NCBI GenBank assembly: GCA_039815375.1 | Contig: JBCBZJ010000021.1 | Span: forward strand, 1-52,578 | Length of the DNA stretch: 52,578 bases | DNA from: Verrucomicrobiota bacterium | Lineage (GTDB): Bacteria > Verrucomicrobiota > Verrucomicrobiia > Opitutales > Coraliomargaritaceae | Reading direction: 5' to 3' | Shown: in pieces, positions 39,734-48,397 of the stretch | Layout: every line of letters starts with the position of its first letter | How positions within the stretch are numbered: the first letter of the stretch is position 1 | Notes under the pieces: model-generated | What the model saw: only the letters and a program-made list of their open reading frames with translations | The model's database searches: none | Told to the model about the DNA's origin: nothing | Program-made: the position numbers and the translations under genes

Positions 39734-39737
39734 TCAT
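38880..39737 (-). CDS. DNA (cytosine-5)-methyltransferase, alpha polypeptide lacking motif IX
   Basis: Motifs I (LFAGIGG), IV (AGFPC), VI (ENV), VIII (QKRERIF) and X-like (GAGDAICP). Confidence 0.92.
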   Translation of the reverse strand: MNESEKPKIGELFAGIGGFSIGFEKAGWQTSWQVEIDDIKRAVLGDRFPYARQFTDVREVSAEQLCEVDCIAAGFPCTNISNMGQRARGGRQGLKGSQSSLFFEVIRLAREIQPRWLVLENVPALLASNDHADIEAVIRALADCGYMGLWRVLDAQYFGVPQKRERIFLVCGLGEVPPLELLSDAAPVEAIPCSFASSCQPWAQADAWAGHTQTASNAASRISLGCELLVAEPNGWNQMDDRQRAIDEAGLCAGLDASNLEEVRGAGDAICPEIAYWIAEKLNAA

Positions 39738-39778
39738 TCGTGGTTTGACGGTTACGGGTTGTAAGGTTGGCTATCACT

Positions 39779-40006
39779 ATGGCTGATTTGGAACGTGAGA
39801 TTGAATTATTGAAAAGGCGTGTGGCTGAGCTTGAGGGCCGAAAGGATTTCAGTAGACATGACCATGCCCGGATTGAATTTCTAACACGGGATCTAGAGGA
39901 GCTCCGGGCACAGGTGGAACAGATTGAAGGCAGCCTCCGGCGTGCTGCTGCTCAGCTAAGTAGCCCCGAACAAAACGAAGATGCTCCAAAGCAGCCGAGG
40001 CCTTGA
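39779..40006 (+). CDS. Small coiled-coil protein, antisense to the late operon
   Basis: MADLEREIELLKRRVAELE...LEELRAQVEQIE heptad pattern. Confidence 0.5.
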   Translation: MADLEREIELLKRRVAELEGRKDFSRHDHARIEFLTRDLEELRAQVEQIEGSLRRAAAQLSSPEQNEDAPKQPRP

Positions 40007-40085
40007 TTTGCGCCTGTGGACTGAGGGTGCCGACGATCGAATCGAGCTCGGCCTCAAGTTTATCAATCTTTTCGATTAGGTTCAT
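39849..40085 (-). CDS. Hypothetical phage protein
   Basis: ATGA-coupled to the gp36-like stop; amphipathic helical N-terminal half. Confidence 0.45.
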   Translation of the reverse strand: MNLIEKIDKLEAELDSIVGTLSPQAQIKASAALEHLRFVRGYLAEQQHAGGCLQSVPPVPGAPLDPVLEIQSGHGHVY

Positions 40086-40546
40086 AATCCGTCGAGGTCG
40101 CTTCCTTTGGCGATGCGTGGGCGTGAGCTCGCGACTTGAAAGCGGTTGCCGCTGCCCTGGTCGGTGGGTTGAGTCTGTGGATCGATGGGTTCGGAAATTG
40201 GGTAGTTGCAGCTGGCGATTCGCAGCATGAGCTTGCGCGCGTTCTCAGCGGCGTCTTTCTGGTCGTCGCTTAGCTTTAGCTTAATCCGCGGTTGCGCGGC
40301 TTCGATAATCAAAGCGCACGCATGGCGCTTTAGCTCAGGTGGAATGCTGCCCTCGGTGGCGCTGAGCACATTACTTGAGCAGGCGCGGATGTTGTTGCGG
40401 ATCTCGGCAGAGATATCGACGATAGCCTCGGCCAGTGGATCTTCTTGCCCTGTCGCGAGCGCGGCAGTCCGAAGCGCGTTAGCCTGTGCCCCGACGAGGT
40501 AGTCGTTAATGTCGGCAGTGGTGAGAACTATCCAGGCTTTGCTCAT
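40082..40546 (-). CDS. Head-tail connector (Mu gp36/DUF1320-like)
   Basis: AI...SAEI...I, P.ELK..AC.L and A.KL..RIA.; directly after the capsid gene. Confidence 0.75.
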   Translation of the reverse strand: MSKAWIVLTTADINDYLVGAQANALRTAALATGQEDPLAEAIVDISAEIRNNIRACSSNVLSATEGSIPPELKRHACALIIEAAQPRIKLKLSDDQKDAAENARKLMLRIASCNYPISEPIDPQTQPTDQGSGNRFQVASSRPRIAKGSDLDGL

Positions 40547-40575
40547 AAATTGATGAAGGGTGAATGATGTTGGAT

Positions 40576-40614
40576 AAAAAACCGTCGGCCAGGGGTCGGC
40601 CTAGCCGACGGTTT
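40576..40614 (-). terminator. Rho-independent terminator after the major capsid gene
   Basis: Minus strand: AAACCGTCGGCTAGG...CCTGGCCGACGGTTTTTT. Confidence 0.8.
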
Positions 40615-40642
40615 GTGAATTCAGTCTATTTGCTTCTGAGCC

Positions 40643-41743
40643 TTACGCGGCAGCTGCGGTTTGCTTGCGGATGCCGAGCGTGGAGGTGATGCTGTTCTTA
40701 CTCTTGTGAGCGACGGTGATCTCCTTCTTGCGTGCGAACTCCTTGACAAAGACCATGATGGCCTGTCCGCCGGTCAGCGCGACGAAGCGCTTGATATTGG
40801 ACGGGTCGTCCTTACCAAGGCCGCTGGCCGCATTGAACATGAGAACCCGGCTACCGATGAAGGTGCTCAGGCCGGTCCCGGAGCTGCGATAGCGCGCTTC
40901 GTTGAAAGCGAGCGCCTGCACCATGAGGTAGTCGGCTAGATCCTCCGGAGTGAAGTTTGAGCTGGCATAGCCGCCGGCATTGTTCTGCGCACGGTAGGCC
41001 TTACGACGCAGCGACCAGGCGGAGCTACCGTAGCCTACGCGGTTGGGACGAACGCCCACGCCGTTTTCCGAGAGAAGCAGGTCGTCGTTGACCTCCTCAT
41101 CCGGGTCCGTCGCAGCACCGTAAACAACAGCGCGGTTGGTCGCAGCGGCGTCGAGCTTGTTGAAGGCATCACGGAACTCAATGCGGAGAAGAATGCGGAT
41201 CAGGCGATCGACCATCTTTTGCTCCGCATCTGGATCTTCTTCGATTTCTCGCGCGTCGACACAACCAACGAGACCTTTCTCATCGAGACGGTCGTCGACC
41301 TCGTTCATGCGACCAGAGTCAACACGCTTGAAGTCGCCGCCCATCGCACGGACGACTTCGGAATCGTCCATAATCAGGAAGTGATCTTTGTGGCGCGCTT
41401 CTTTGTAGTTGAAGCGCTCCGGAACAGTTACGGCCGGTGCGTAAAACTCGAGTAGTTCTTGCAGCGGGTCATTATCCCAGCCGCCTACGCCGTAGTTCGT
41501 GAGTGCTTCATTATAGAAGCTACTTTCGAATCGGGCGGCATTGGCCTGTGCCAGGCAGATTTGCCCCGGCATAAGATCGCCGACTGCACACTCGGGGAGA
41601 ATGATATCTCCAGCGTGGTTGGCGTAGACGGCGGTATTGCCGACGAAAGTGCGGAGAGCATCAAGGACGCTGAACCACACGAAAGCCGAGAGCGCAAAGA
41701 TTGGGCTCACAAGCCATACAATGAATGTAATGAATCGATTCAT
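40643..41743 (-). CDS. Major capsid protein (HK97 fold, gpE-like) with N-terminal leader
   Basis: 366 aa, last head gene before a terminator. LTNYGVG, APAV.V, R..GG and G.RPN motifs. Confidence 0.78.
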   Translation of the reverse strand: MNRFITFIVWLVSPIFALSAFVWFSVLDALRTFVGNTAVYANHAGDIILPECAVGDLMPGQICLAQANAARFESSFYNEALTNYGVGGWDNDPLQELLEFYAPAVTVPERFNYKEARHKDHFLIMDDSEVVRAMGGDFKRVDSGRMNEVDDRLDEKGLVGCVDAREIEEDPDAEQKMVDRLIRILLRIEFRDAFNKLDAAATNRAVVYGAATDPDEEVNDDLLLSENGVGVRPNRVGYGSSAWSLRRKAYRAQNNAGGYASSNFTPEDLADYLMVQALAFNEARYRSSGTGLSTFIGSRVLMFNAASGLGKDDPSNIKRFVALTGGQAIMVFVKEFARKKEITVAHKSKNSITSTLGIRKQTAAAA

Positions 41744-41793
41744 AATGATGTGTATTTGAATATTGGTTACAGTGATTCGAGAAGCGCAGGCCC

Positions 41794-42291
41794 TTATACG
41801 ACGACTTCCTTGCGTGCGAGGCAGGGGTCGACTTCGACCTCTTCGCCATCGGCGGCTGCGGAGAGAGCGACACCGACTTGATAGTAGGTGCCAGCGATTG
41901 CGCTGAGCGTGGAGACGCGCCCAGCCGCCGCGGTATATACCGGGTCGCCGATAGCAACGTTGCCACTTGCGGTGAGCACGGCTGTTTCAAAGGCCGAACC
42001 CAGCAAGTTGACATTGGTATTGGTATCGATGACGGCTTCGTCATCATTCCAGCCAATCGGCAGGTCATTCGCGCCGCAGATGTCGACCTCGTTCGCCGCC
42101 GTGCCTGGCTTCAGGAGCAAGTGCTCGGACGCGAGAGCGACTTCTGCGCTGCGGGTGATGCAGCCAGGAGACTGCCCGACGGTGCCGGGCACGACAGCGT
42201 TGGCCTGAATGGCCACGCCGCCCGCCAAGGTGCGGAAAAAGTCCAGCGTGCCGAGGCAGACGAATGCAATGAGTGCAGTGATTTTATTCAT
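41794..42291 (-). CDS. Capsid decoration/cement protein (DUF2190-like) with N-terminal leader
   Basis: ASGNVAIGDPVY..AAGRV...VGVALSAAADGEEVEV. Confidence 0.75.
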   Translation of the reverse strand: MNKITALIAFVCLGTLDFFRTLAGGVAIQANAVVPGTVGQSPGCITRSAEVALASEHLLLKPGTAANEVDICGANDLPIGWNDDEAVIDTNTNVNLLGSAFETAVLTASGNVAIGDPVYTAAAGRVSTLSAIAGTYYQVGVALSAAADGEEVEVDPCLARKEVVV

Positions 42292-42341
42292 GATGTACGT
42301 GATTATTGGTTTCTGTTCTGTTGCGATTGGTCGCCGGGGGC

Positions 42342-42725
42342 CTACTTCGTGGCTCCGGCTTCTTCGGCAATGCGGGCGTCCTCGCGGACTTGATTCTGCT
42401 GAGCTTCGATGGCCTGCGAACGGTTGAGGCCAGCGGTCACCTTAGCGGCGATCTCCTTCGCATACTTGTGCTCGAATTCGTTGGAAGCGTCGACGAGCTC
42501 GACACCGGTTGGGCCGGCCTTTCCGAGTGCCTTGAGCTTTTCTTGGGTCTCAAGGTGCGCGGCTTTTTCGGCGGCGAGTTGGTCTTCGAGTGATGGCGCC
42601 TCATTTTCGTTGGGCTTCTTTTTAGGAGTCGCGTTCGCAAAGACCGCGGTTTTGCCGAGCACGGTACGACTAGAGTCGACCACACTGAAAGCTATGCAGC
42701 AGATGAGTGCTTTGATGTTATTCAT
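42342..42725 (-). CDS. Hypothetical head-associated protein with the shared N-terminal leader
   Basis: Lies between the scaffold and decoration genes and carries the same leader motif as the capsid proteins. Confidence 0.7.
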   Translation of the reverse strand: MNNIKALICCIAFSVVDSSRTVLGKTAVFANATPKKKPNENEAPSLEDQLAAEKAAHLETQEKLKALGKAGPTGVELVDASNEFEHKYAKEIAAKVTAGLNRSQAIEAQQNQVREDARIAEEAGATK

Positions 42726-42781
42726 GATTTTTGTGTTCTTTCTTTGGTGGTTAAAAATAACGCTAATGAACGAAGGTGAAT

Positions 42782-44299
42782 TTACTCGCCTTCGGTAGTG
42801 TCGCTCATTGCCTCGTAGAGCTTCTTGCCCTTTTCAGTCTTGCGGAACTCGCTATGAGCTTTCTGGTATTCGCCCTGCTTGAAGTCGTAGCCCTTCTCAT
42901 TGGCGAAGTCGGCGAGGCCTTCGTCGAAAAGCTGGCTGGCGTTGGCCTGGTCCTGGATCTCGCCTTTGCGCTTGCCGAGATCATTGGTCTGACCGCCCGT
43001 CGGAAGCACCTCGTCGGCAGTGAGGATTTCTTCAGATGCGTTGGCGAAGTCGGCAGCACCGGCGAGGCTGGTGATGGTTTCTTCGCGGCGGGACTCTTCG
43101 CAGCGGTTTTCACTGATGGCCTGCTCGACGATGAGCGTGGCGCGTTCGCGGCGCTCGTTGGCAATGTCAGAGGTGAGCTGAGTGACGCGCTCAGTGGCTG
43201 TGGCGAGGTCCGCCTGCGCGGTGGTCAACTGCTCGTTGGCCTGTGCGTTGACTGTTTGACTGAAAGCCTCTGTCAGCCGTGAGATCAGATCCTCAAGCGT
43301 GGGGGCCGAGGCACCGTCCTCGCGGAAGGCGTCGATTTGCTCGTCGGTATAGCCGAGCACTTTCATGATCGCCTTTTCGAGATCCCAGTAGCCGTTGGCC
43401 TGGTCGCGGAGTCCGGTAACACGCGCTTCGATTTGCTCAGCGGTGGGAGCGCCGTCAGTATTATTGGCGAGCGCGTTGGCTTGGTCCTCTGAAAATCCGA
43501 GGAGCATGAGTAGTGATTTTATCCATTCCATAGTGTGTGGTGGTTGTGATTGAGATTGCGGGAGCGCATTCGCGGCACTGCCCAGAATGTTTGGCGTGGG
43601 CGTGAGACCCGCGGATAGAAGCTTGAAGGGCTCCCATATTCGTTTGCCGTTTTCATCACCGGTCATGAGCGAGACCCAGCGGGGCGACCAGTAGAGCTTC
43701 TTATCTCCGGAGAGGAGTTCGTTGCCCTGGTCCGTAAAGTCCGGCTTGATGTAGAGACCGTCTTCACGGGTCTCCATGTTCATGATGTCGGCACGGATCA
43801 TGAAGTCGTTGTGCCCCTGAGCAGCAAACTGAGGATGGTCCGGGTGACCGTAGTAAGCAGGCGGATACGGCTTGGTCTTGAAAATCATCCGGACGGCCGC
43901 GTTTGCGGCAGCCTTGAACCGGGTCACTATTGCGTTACTTTGCTTGGTCTGGAATCGCTGTATGTCATTCGGCCCTTGAGGGTGGTCGCCAAACTTGACC
44001 AAGCGCATGAAGCCATCTTCGCCCATAGGGCCACTCGTTGAATTAGCGATGCACTCGATTTGCATGCCGCCTGAAAGGTCCTGAACGATAGGTTCGATTA
44101 TGGGCAAATCTGGCAGCTCAGGGGCCTCATTGGCGAAGTCGGCCAAAATCGGCTCGGAGCTTTCGCAAGGAATTTTACCCAACCCCCTTGCAAATCGGTT
44201 TAAACTTGTTGCAAAACGCCCTTCAGGAGCGCCACGCCCCATGACAAGGACTTGGCGGTTTTCATTATTCTGGGCGATTCTGTGGCTTTCCTTATTCAT
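42782..44299 (-). CDS. Prohead protease/scaffold (Mu gpI/gpZ-like)
   Basis: GHP, REDGLY, FT..G.ELL, Y.SP.W and LLSAGLTPTPNI protease motifs, followed by an acidic helical scaffold half. Confidence 0.85.
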   Translation of the reverse strand: MNKESHRIAQNNENRQVLVMGRGAPEGRFATSLNRFARGLGKIPCESSEPILADFANEAPELPDLPIIEPIVQDLSGGMQIECIANSTSGPMGEDGFMRLVKFGDHPQGPNDIQRFQTKQSNAIVTRFKAAANAAVRMIFKTKPYPPAYYGHPDHPQFAAQGHNDFMIRADIMNMETREDGLYIKPDFTDQGNELLSGDKKLYWSPRWVSLMTGDENGKRIWEPFKLLSAGLTPTPNILGSAANALPQSQSQPPHTMEWIKSLLMLLGFSEDQANALANNTDGAPTAEQIEARVTGLRDQANGYWDLEKAIMKVLGYTDEQIDAFREDGASAPTLEDLISRLTEAFSQTVNAQANEQLTTAQADLATATERVTQLTSDIANERRERATLIVEQAISENRCEESRREETITSLAGAADFANASEEILTADEVLPTGGQTNDLGKRKGEIQDQANASQLFDEGLADFANEKGYDFKQGEYQKAHSEFRKTEKGKKLYEAMSDTTEGE

Positions 44300-45845
44300 T
44301 GTTATCGTCGAATTGGATTTGAACCGCTGCAGCTCCCTCAGCGGCGGAAGTGCCGAGGGCCTTTTCGAGCAGCTGCGCGAAGGCAGATTGCGAGGGGTCG
44401 ATCCCGCGGTCCTTGAGCGCGGAGCTCAGGGCCTGGAGCGCGGCGACATATTCATCCGGAGTGTCGGCTTCTTCGACGGCCTGTAGTAGTTCAAGCACGT
44501 CTTCGAAATCTTCTGCCATCGTTCCAGCCAACTGGCGGAGCTCCTCTTCGGTCGCATTTGCCTGATCGTCGAGTTCCCGCGAAGGAGCTGCGGGCTCGGC
44601 GCGATTAGCTGCAGGGGTGAGGATAGCATCCTGCGGCTCGTCTGCAGTAACCGGGAGTGACAGGCGTTCCTTGTAGTCACTCATCGGAATCTCAGCGCCA
44701 TAGTCCGCCGCCTTGTGCATCTTCTCCTGTTCGGCTTTTTCATCGAGCCGGTCCGGGGCTTGCAGCTTGAAGTAGCAAAGCGGCTTCACGTCGCGGCCGA
44801 ACTTCCAGCGCAGTGCCGGCAGCACGATCTGGTGCTCGAAGGTCTCGTTGATCATGTCGACATCATCCTCGAGGAGGATGTCGCTCTCGTCCTGTTGCAG
44901 GCTCGCGCCCATCTTGTCCTCACCGGACATCGTCGAGAGATCGGAACCGCGCCAGATGATCGCGATGCCACGCTCAGCACGCTCGACCATACCGGGATAA
45001 GGAAGCTGCCCCTTGGCGGTGAGGTCATGCACCTTGAATTCGGCGTGGCGCGAATGTTGAGCGGCAAACTCAGCGCCGATCGCGCGGAGAGCCTCAAGCC
45101 CTTCGTCCCACTCCTGGCTGCGATACTTCGCGTCGGTCGCACTGGTCACGAAGGGCATGCCGCACCGCTCGCTATAGGTCAGCCAGTCTTTGAGCGGAAG
45201 CGCCTTATAGATGTAATTGACCATCGTGGCCACCATCAGGCCGTCGCCCATCGTCACCATCCAGCCGAGCGGCTCGAGCTCGTCGCCTTGTTGATTGTTC
45301 CCGCGCGGCAAGAACCGGAGCAGCCCCGTGGTGCTCTCAAAGAACCAGAGCGGCACGAAGGTCATGCCGAGCTCAAGCGAGCCGTCGCGCTGCGGACGCC
45401 AATCGAGCTCGTGGACCGCATAGCGCTTGCCGATTGCATCGCACATCTGGTGAATCGCCAGACGGACGCCGCCCCGCGTATTGCGCTCCAGCGCGTGGGT
45501 GCAGGTCAGTGAGTTAAAGAGATTCTCAAGAAACTTGGTCTGCTCCTGTAGCTGCGCTTCCGTGCCGTGGTCTTCCCACGACTCGTATGGAGCGATTGAA
45601 TACGGCTGACGGCTGGGCGCTTTCTTCCGCTTCGAGCTGACAGACTTGATCGTGTCGTCGGTGTTCTCGATCTTCTCCATTGCCCAGGCGCACTCACGAA
45701 GGATACCACGATCAAACTCCTCAAGTAGGCGGACCGCCTTCTGCGGCGTGAAACCCTTGAGCGGATTGAAGCGCGCCTGCAGCTCGTAGCGAACGCGTGA
45801 GATGTCGACCTTCGATTCAGAATTCTTTTTGATCTTATCAGCCAT
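44292..45845 (-). CDS. Portal protein (Mu gp29/DUF935-like)
   Basis: DAIGKRYAVHEL.W, GLM, DW..Y.ER.GMP and G..LST motifs; follows the terminase gene. Confidence 0.88.
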   Translation of the reverse strand: MADKIKKNSESKVDISRVRYELQARFNPLKGFTPQKAVRLLEEFDRGILRECAWAMEKIENTDDTIKSVSSKRKKAPSRQPYSIAPYESWEDHGTEAQLQEQTKFLENLFNSLTCTHALERNTRGGVRLAIHQMCDAIGKRYAVHELDWRPQRDGSLELGMTFVPLWFFESTTGLLRFLPRGNNQQGDELEPLGWMVTMGDGLMVATMVNYIYKALPLKDWLTYSERCGMPFVTSATDAKYRSQEWDEGLEALRAIGAEFAAQHSRHAEFKVHDLTAKGQLPYPGMVERAERGIAIIWRGSDLSTMSGEDKMGASLQQDESDILLEDDVDMINETFEHQIVLPALRWKFGRDVKPLCYFKLQAPDRLDEKAEQEKMHKAADYGAEIPMSDYKERLSLPVTADEPQDAILTPAANRAEPAAPSRELDDQANATEEELRQLAGTMAEDFEDVLELLQAVEEADTPDEYVAALQALSSALKDRGIDPSQSAFAQLLEKALGTSAAEGAAAVQIQFDDNNE

Positions 45846-45848
45846 GGC

Positions 45849-47816
45849 TTACCAATCCTTCCGTGAGCTGCTGGGAGATGCACTGGTGACAGCCGCGACA
45901 TGGGACGGGCGGGACACGTTTTTCGTCCCGATCGTTCGTGCCAGTCGGCCATAGCCGAGCCCGAGCAGGTAGTGGTTCTCACACTTATCGACGAACTTGC
46001 CGTCTTCGTCTTTCTTCGAGCCGGCAAGGATATGATTCTCCAGGTCTTCGACTGCGGCGGGCGCACCGGGGCGCTTGCGAGGCAAGAGCAACTTTGGCTC
46101 ATCGCGCAGTTCACCGTCGATAACTTCAATGACGCCATCGGCTTCCGTTAGCAGGTCATTAATGACGCCGCTAATTGTATCGTCGCGGCTCGCCTGGACA
46201 ACCGGATACAACTTTCCTTCATCGGTCTTTCCTAGCTTATGCTTGACCCCTGAACCGGGCTTTAATGTGAACTCGACCGTCGCTGCTTTGAGGTTTTCCC
46301 AACGACCGGCCGGGCCATTCCAAACAAGCCCTGAACTAAAACGTATATAGGCTTTTTCGGGGTTATCGTCCTGCACGATCGGCTCATCATCTAAACCATT
46401 GAGCGCGTAGACGATGTGCCGTGCAGTATCGCGCAGCGGACCCGCGTCGACGAAGAGGCAGTCGACCTTCAGCTTTTTTGAAAGTGCGATGCAACGAGAG
46501 AGAAGATTGTCGCCCGCGATACGCTCGGCCCAGACCACGCGTTGGCGCTTAGGTGATTCATCTTCGATGGCGGTGAACCAACAACGGTCGCCGGTATCAA
46601 CACCCGCAAAGACGGGATGCTCGGCTTTGAGCGAAAGGTCGAACGGCTCCACGCCCTGCGCACGCTCGATGATTTGCGGCGTGATGGCCTGCGCGGCATT
46701 CGATGGATCGGCAAGCACTTCACAGCGGAATACTTCCATCGACTCCGGATCGGATACGGCGGCGACCCATCTTGAAACCGCCTGTTGCAGACTGAGCGCC
46801 GCGCAGGCAATCTGCGGAATGCGGATCGAGAAGCGGCGCAGCTTCTCTCGGTCAGCACGGCGTCGGTCGACATCCGGCTTCGAACGATCGAGCGGCGTGC
46901 CGTCTTCCAGATCCGCAACATAGTAAAGCGCGTCAGGGCTATACTCGGCGACATGATCGCCATCGCGTTTAAAGTCGGCCTCGTTCGTGAGCTTCGGATC
47001 CTCCGGCGATGGTTCAGCGCCCATCTGCATGCGGCAGATCTGCGGCCAATTCTCTTCGAGGTTCCAGGCCGCGCCCGTCTTGTGATTGCGAAAAATAAGA
47101 ACGTCCTGCGTGCCGTTCGTGAACTCTTTATTTTGCCCCATGCCGTGGAAGCGCTGGGTGCCGATAGAGATACGCAAGCGTAGCTCCTTCGATGCGGTCC
47201 GGCCGGAAAGATACTTACTCTTCTTCGGATCGATGTCGTCTTTCTCATCTTCCATCACCACGTCCATCGAGAACGAGGTGGGGATTTTGCCCATGCCGCG
47301 AATCATCGCCATCGCGGCACGCTTACCGTCGGACACCGCAACCGCTCCTTTACGATTCACCGCCTTGCCGCTCGCAGCGGTGTCTTTCGCTAGCTGGATC
47401 ATGTCGGCATACCAGCTATGCAGGTCGATAACCTCCGGGCGCAGCTTTCCGTCGACGATACCTTCGACGAGATCGTCATCCGGAAGATAGATGCCGACGT
47501 TTCTGAACTCCTTCGAAGTCAGGTAGGCCATCAGCAAGAGCACGATGATCGTCTTGCCAAACTGGGCGCCGCCACATATGGCGACGACCGCATCAGGCAG
47601 ACACTTGCCGGTATGGGAACCGAGAATCAAATCGATAAGCCGGGCGACAAAGATCAGACACTCGCGACCTTCGAAAGTGTAAGGCATCGACTCTCCGGAC
47701 TTATCCAGGACGCGCGCATGCTTTCGGAGGAAGTCTTCAAAGCAGCCCACGTCCGGAATGCCGACGACCTGCTCTTCGTCGAGCCCTTCGGTGATTCTGT
47801 CGATAGCCGAAACCAT
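45849..47816 (-). CDS. Terminase large subunit (GpA-like ATPase)
   Basis: Walker A GGAQFGKT, Walker B VVMEDE, nuclease AGVDTG, FVDAG and ENHY. Confidence 0.85.
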   Translation of the reverse strand: MVSAIDRITEGLDEEQVVGIPDVGCFEDFLRKHARVLDKSGESMPYTFEGRECLIFVARLIDLILGSHTGKCLPDAVVAICGGAQFGKTIIVLLLMAYLTSKEFRNVGIYLPDDDLVEGIVDGKLRPEVIDLHSWYADMIQLAKDTAASGKAVNRKGAVAVSDGKRAAMAMIRGMGKIPTSFSMDVVMEDEKDDIDPKKSKYLSGRTASKELRLRISIGTQRFHGMGQNKEFTNGTQDVLIFRNHKTGAAWNLEENWPQICRMQMGAEPSPEDPKLTNEADFKRDGDHVAEYSPDALYYVADLEDGTPLDRSKPDVDRRRADREKLRRFSIRIPQIACAALSLQQAVSRWVAAVSDPESMEVFRCEVLADPSNAAQAITPQIIERAQGVEPFDLSLKAEHPVFAGVDTGDRCWFTAIEDESPKRQRVVWAERIAGDNLLSRCIALSKKLKVDCLFVDAGPLRDTARHIVYALNGLDDEPIVQDDNPEKAYIRFSSGLVWNGPAGRWENLKAATVEFTLKPGSGVKHKLGKTDEGKLYPVVQASRDDTISGVINDLLTEADGVIEVIDGELRDEPKLLLPRKRPGAPAAVEDLENHILAGSKKDEDGKFVDKCENHYLLGLGYGRLARTIGTKNVSRPSHVAAVTSASPSSSRKDW

Positions 47817-48397
47817 TAAACGGATGTGCCCTCCACACTTTCCATCACGCTGGCCTTTAGCTTTTCAAAGAGAGCAAGCGAATCAGGGTTCCCCTTGATT
47901 TCCTGAAGGAGCGCATCGAGCCCCTTCTCAATCGAGGACTTGGTTGCATCCCGGAACTTATCAATGTCGAGCTCGAGCTTACGCTGTGCGAGCTTCAGCT
48001 TAGCACTCGCGCCGAGAATCCGCGAAAGGCTTTCGAGTTCTTCAATATTCGCATCCTTCGCAAACGCTTCTTCAAAGGCACGTTGCTCAATCTTTTGAAG
48101 TGTCAGCTGCGAGAAATCGCATTCCGAATCTTCTTCGAAAACCTTGCGCACGTCAGATGCGAGATCGCGGGCGCGCTTGTGCTTAAAACCGACGCAGTGT
48201 TTTTGGAAAAAATTGGTCAGCGCACCGGTAGACGTGCTCTCCTTGAACTCTTCTTCAATCTTTTCGACGGCGTCGTCATAGCTCATGTTCTCGATTGAGA
48301 GCCAGTCACGAACTTCGTCGAACGCGTTGCGGCCGGCGTCCAGCTCGATACGGCTCAGACGCGAGGCGATGCTGTTACTATTATCCTTACGGGCCAT
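47816..48397 (-). CDS. Putative terminase small subunit (Mu gp27/DUF3486-like)
   Basis: MARK...SI..RL start with an HTH-like segment (SYDDA...STGAL..F); helical; immediately upstream of the terminase. Confidence 0.7.
   Translation of the reverse strand: MARKDNSNSIASRLSRIELDAGRNAFDEVRDWLSIENMSYDDAVEKIEEEFKESTSTGALTNFFQKHCVGFKHKRARDLASDVRKVFEEDSECDFSQLTLQKIEQRAFEEAFAKDANIEELESLSRILGASAKLKLAQRKLELDIDKFRDATKSSIEKGLDALLQEIKGNPDSLALFEKLKASVMESVEGTSV

Noticed and set aside
46469..47248. Same-strand alternative-frame ORFs in the terminase/portal region (259 aa and 210 aa)
   Set aside because: Arg/Ser/Pro-rich composition is typical of off-frame GC-rich DNA. Unlike the MTase beta frame, they hold no functional motif.
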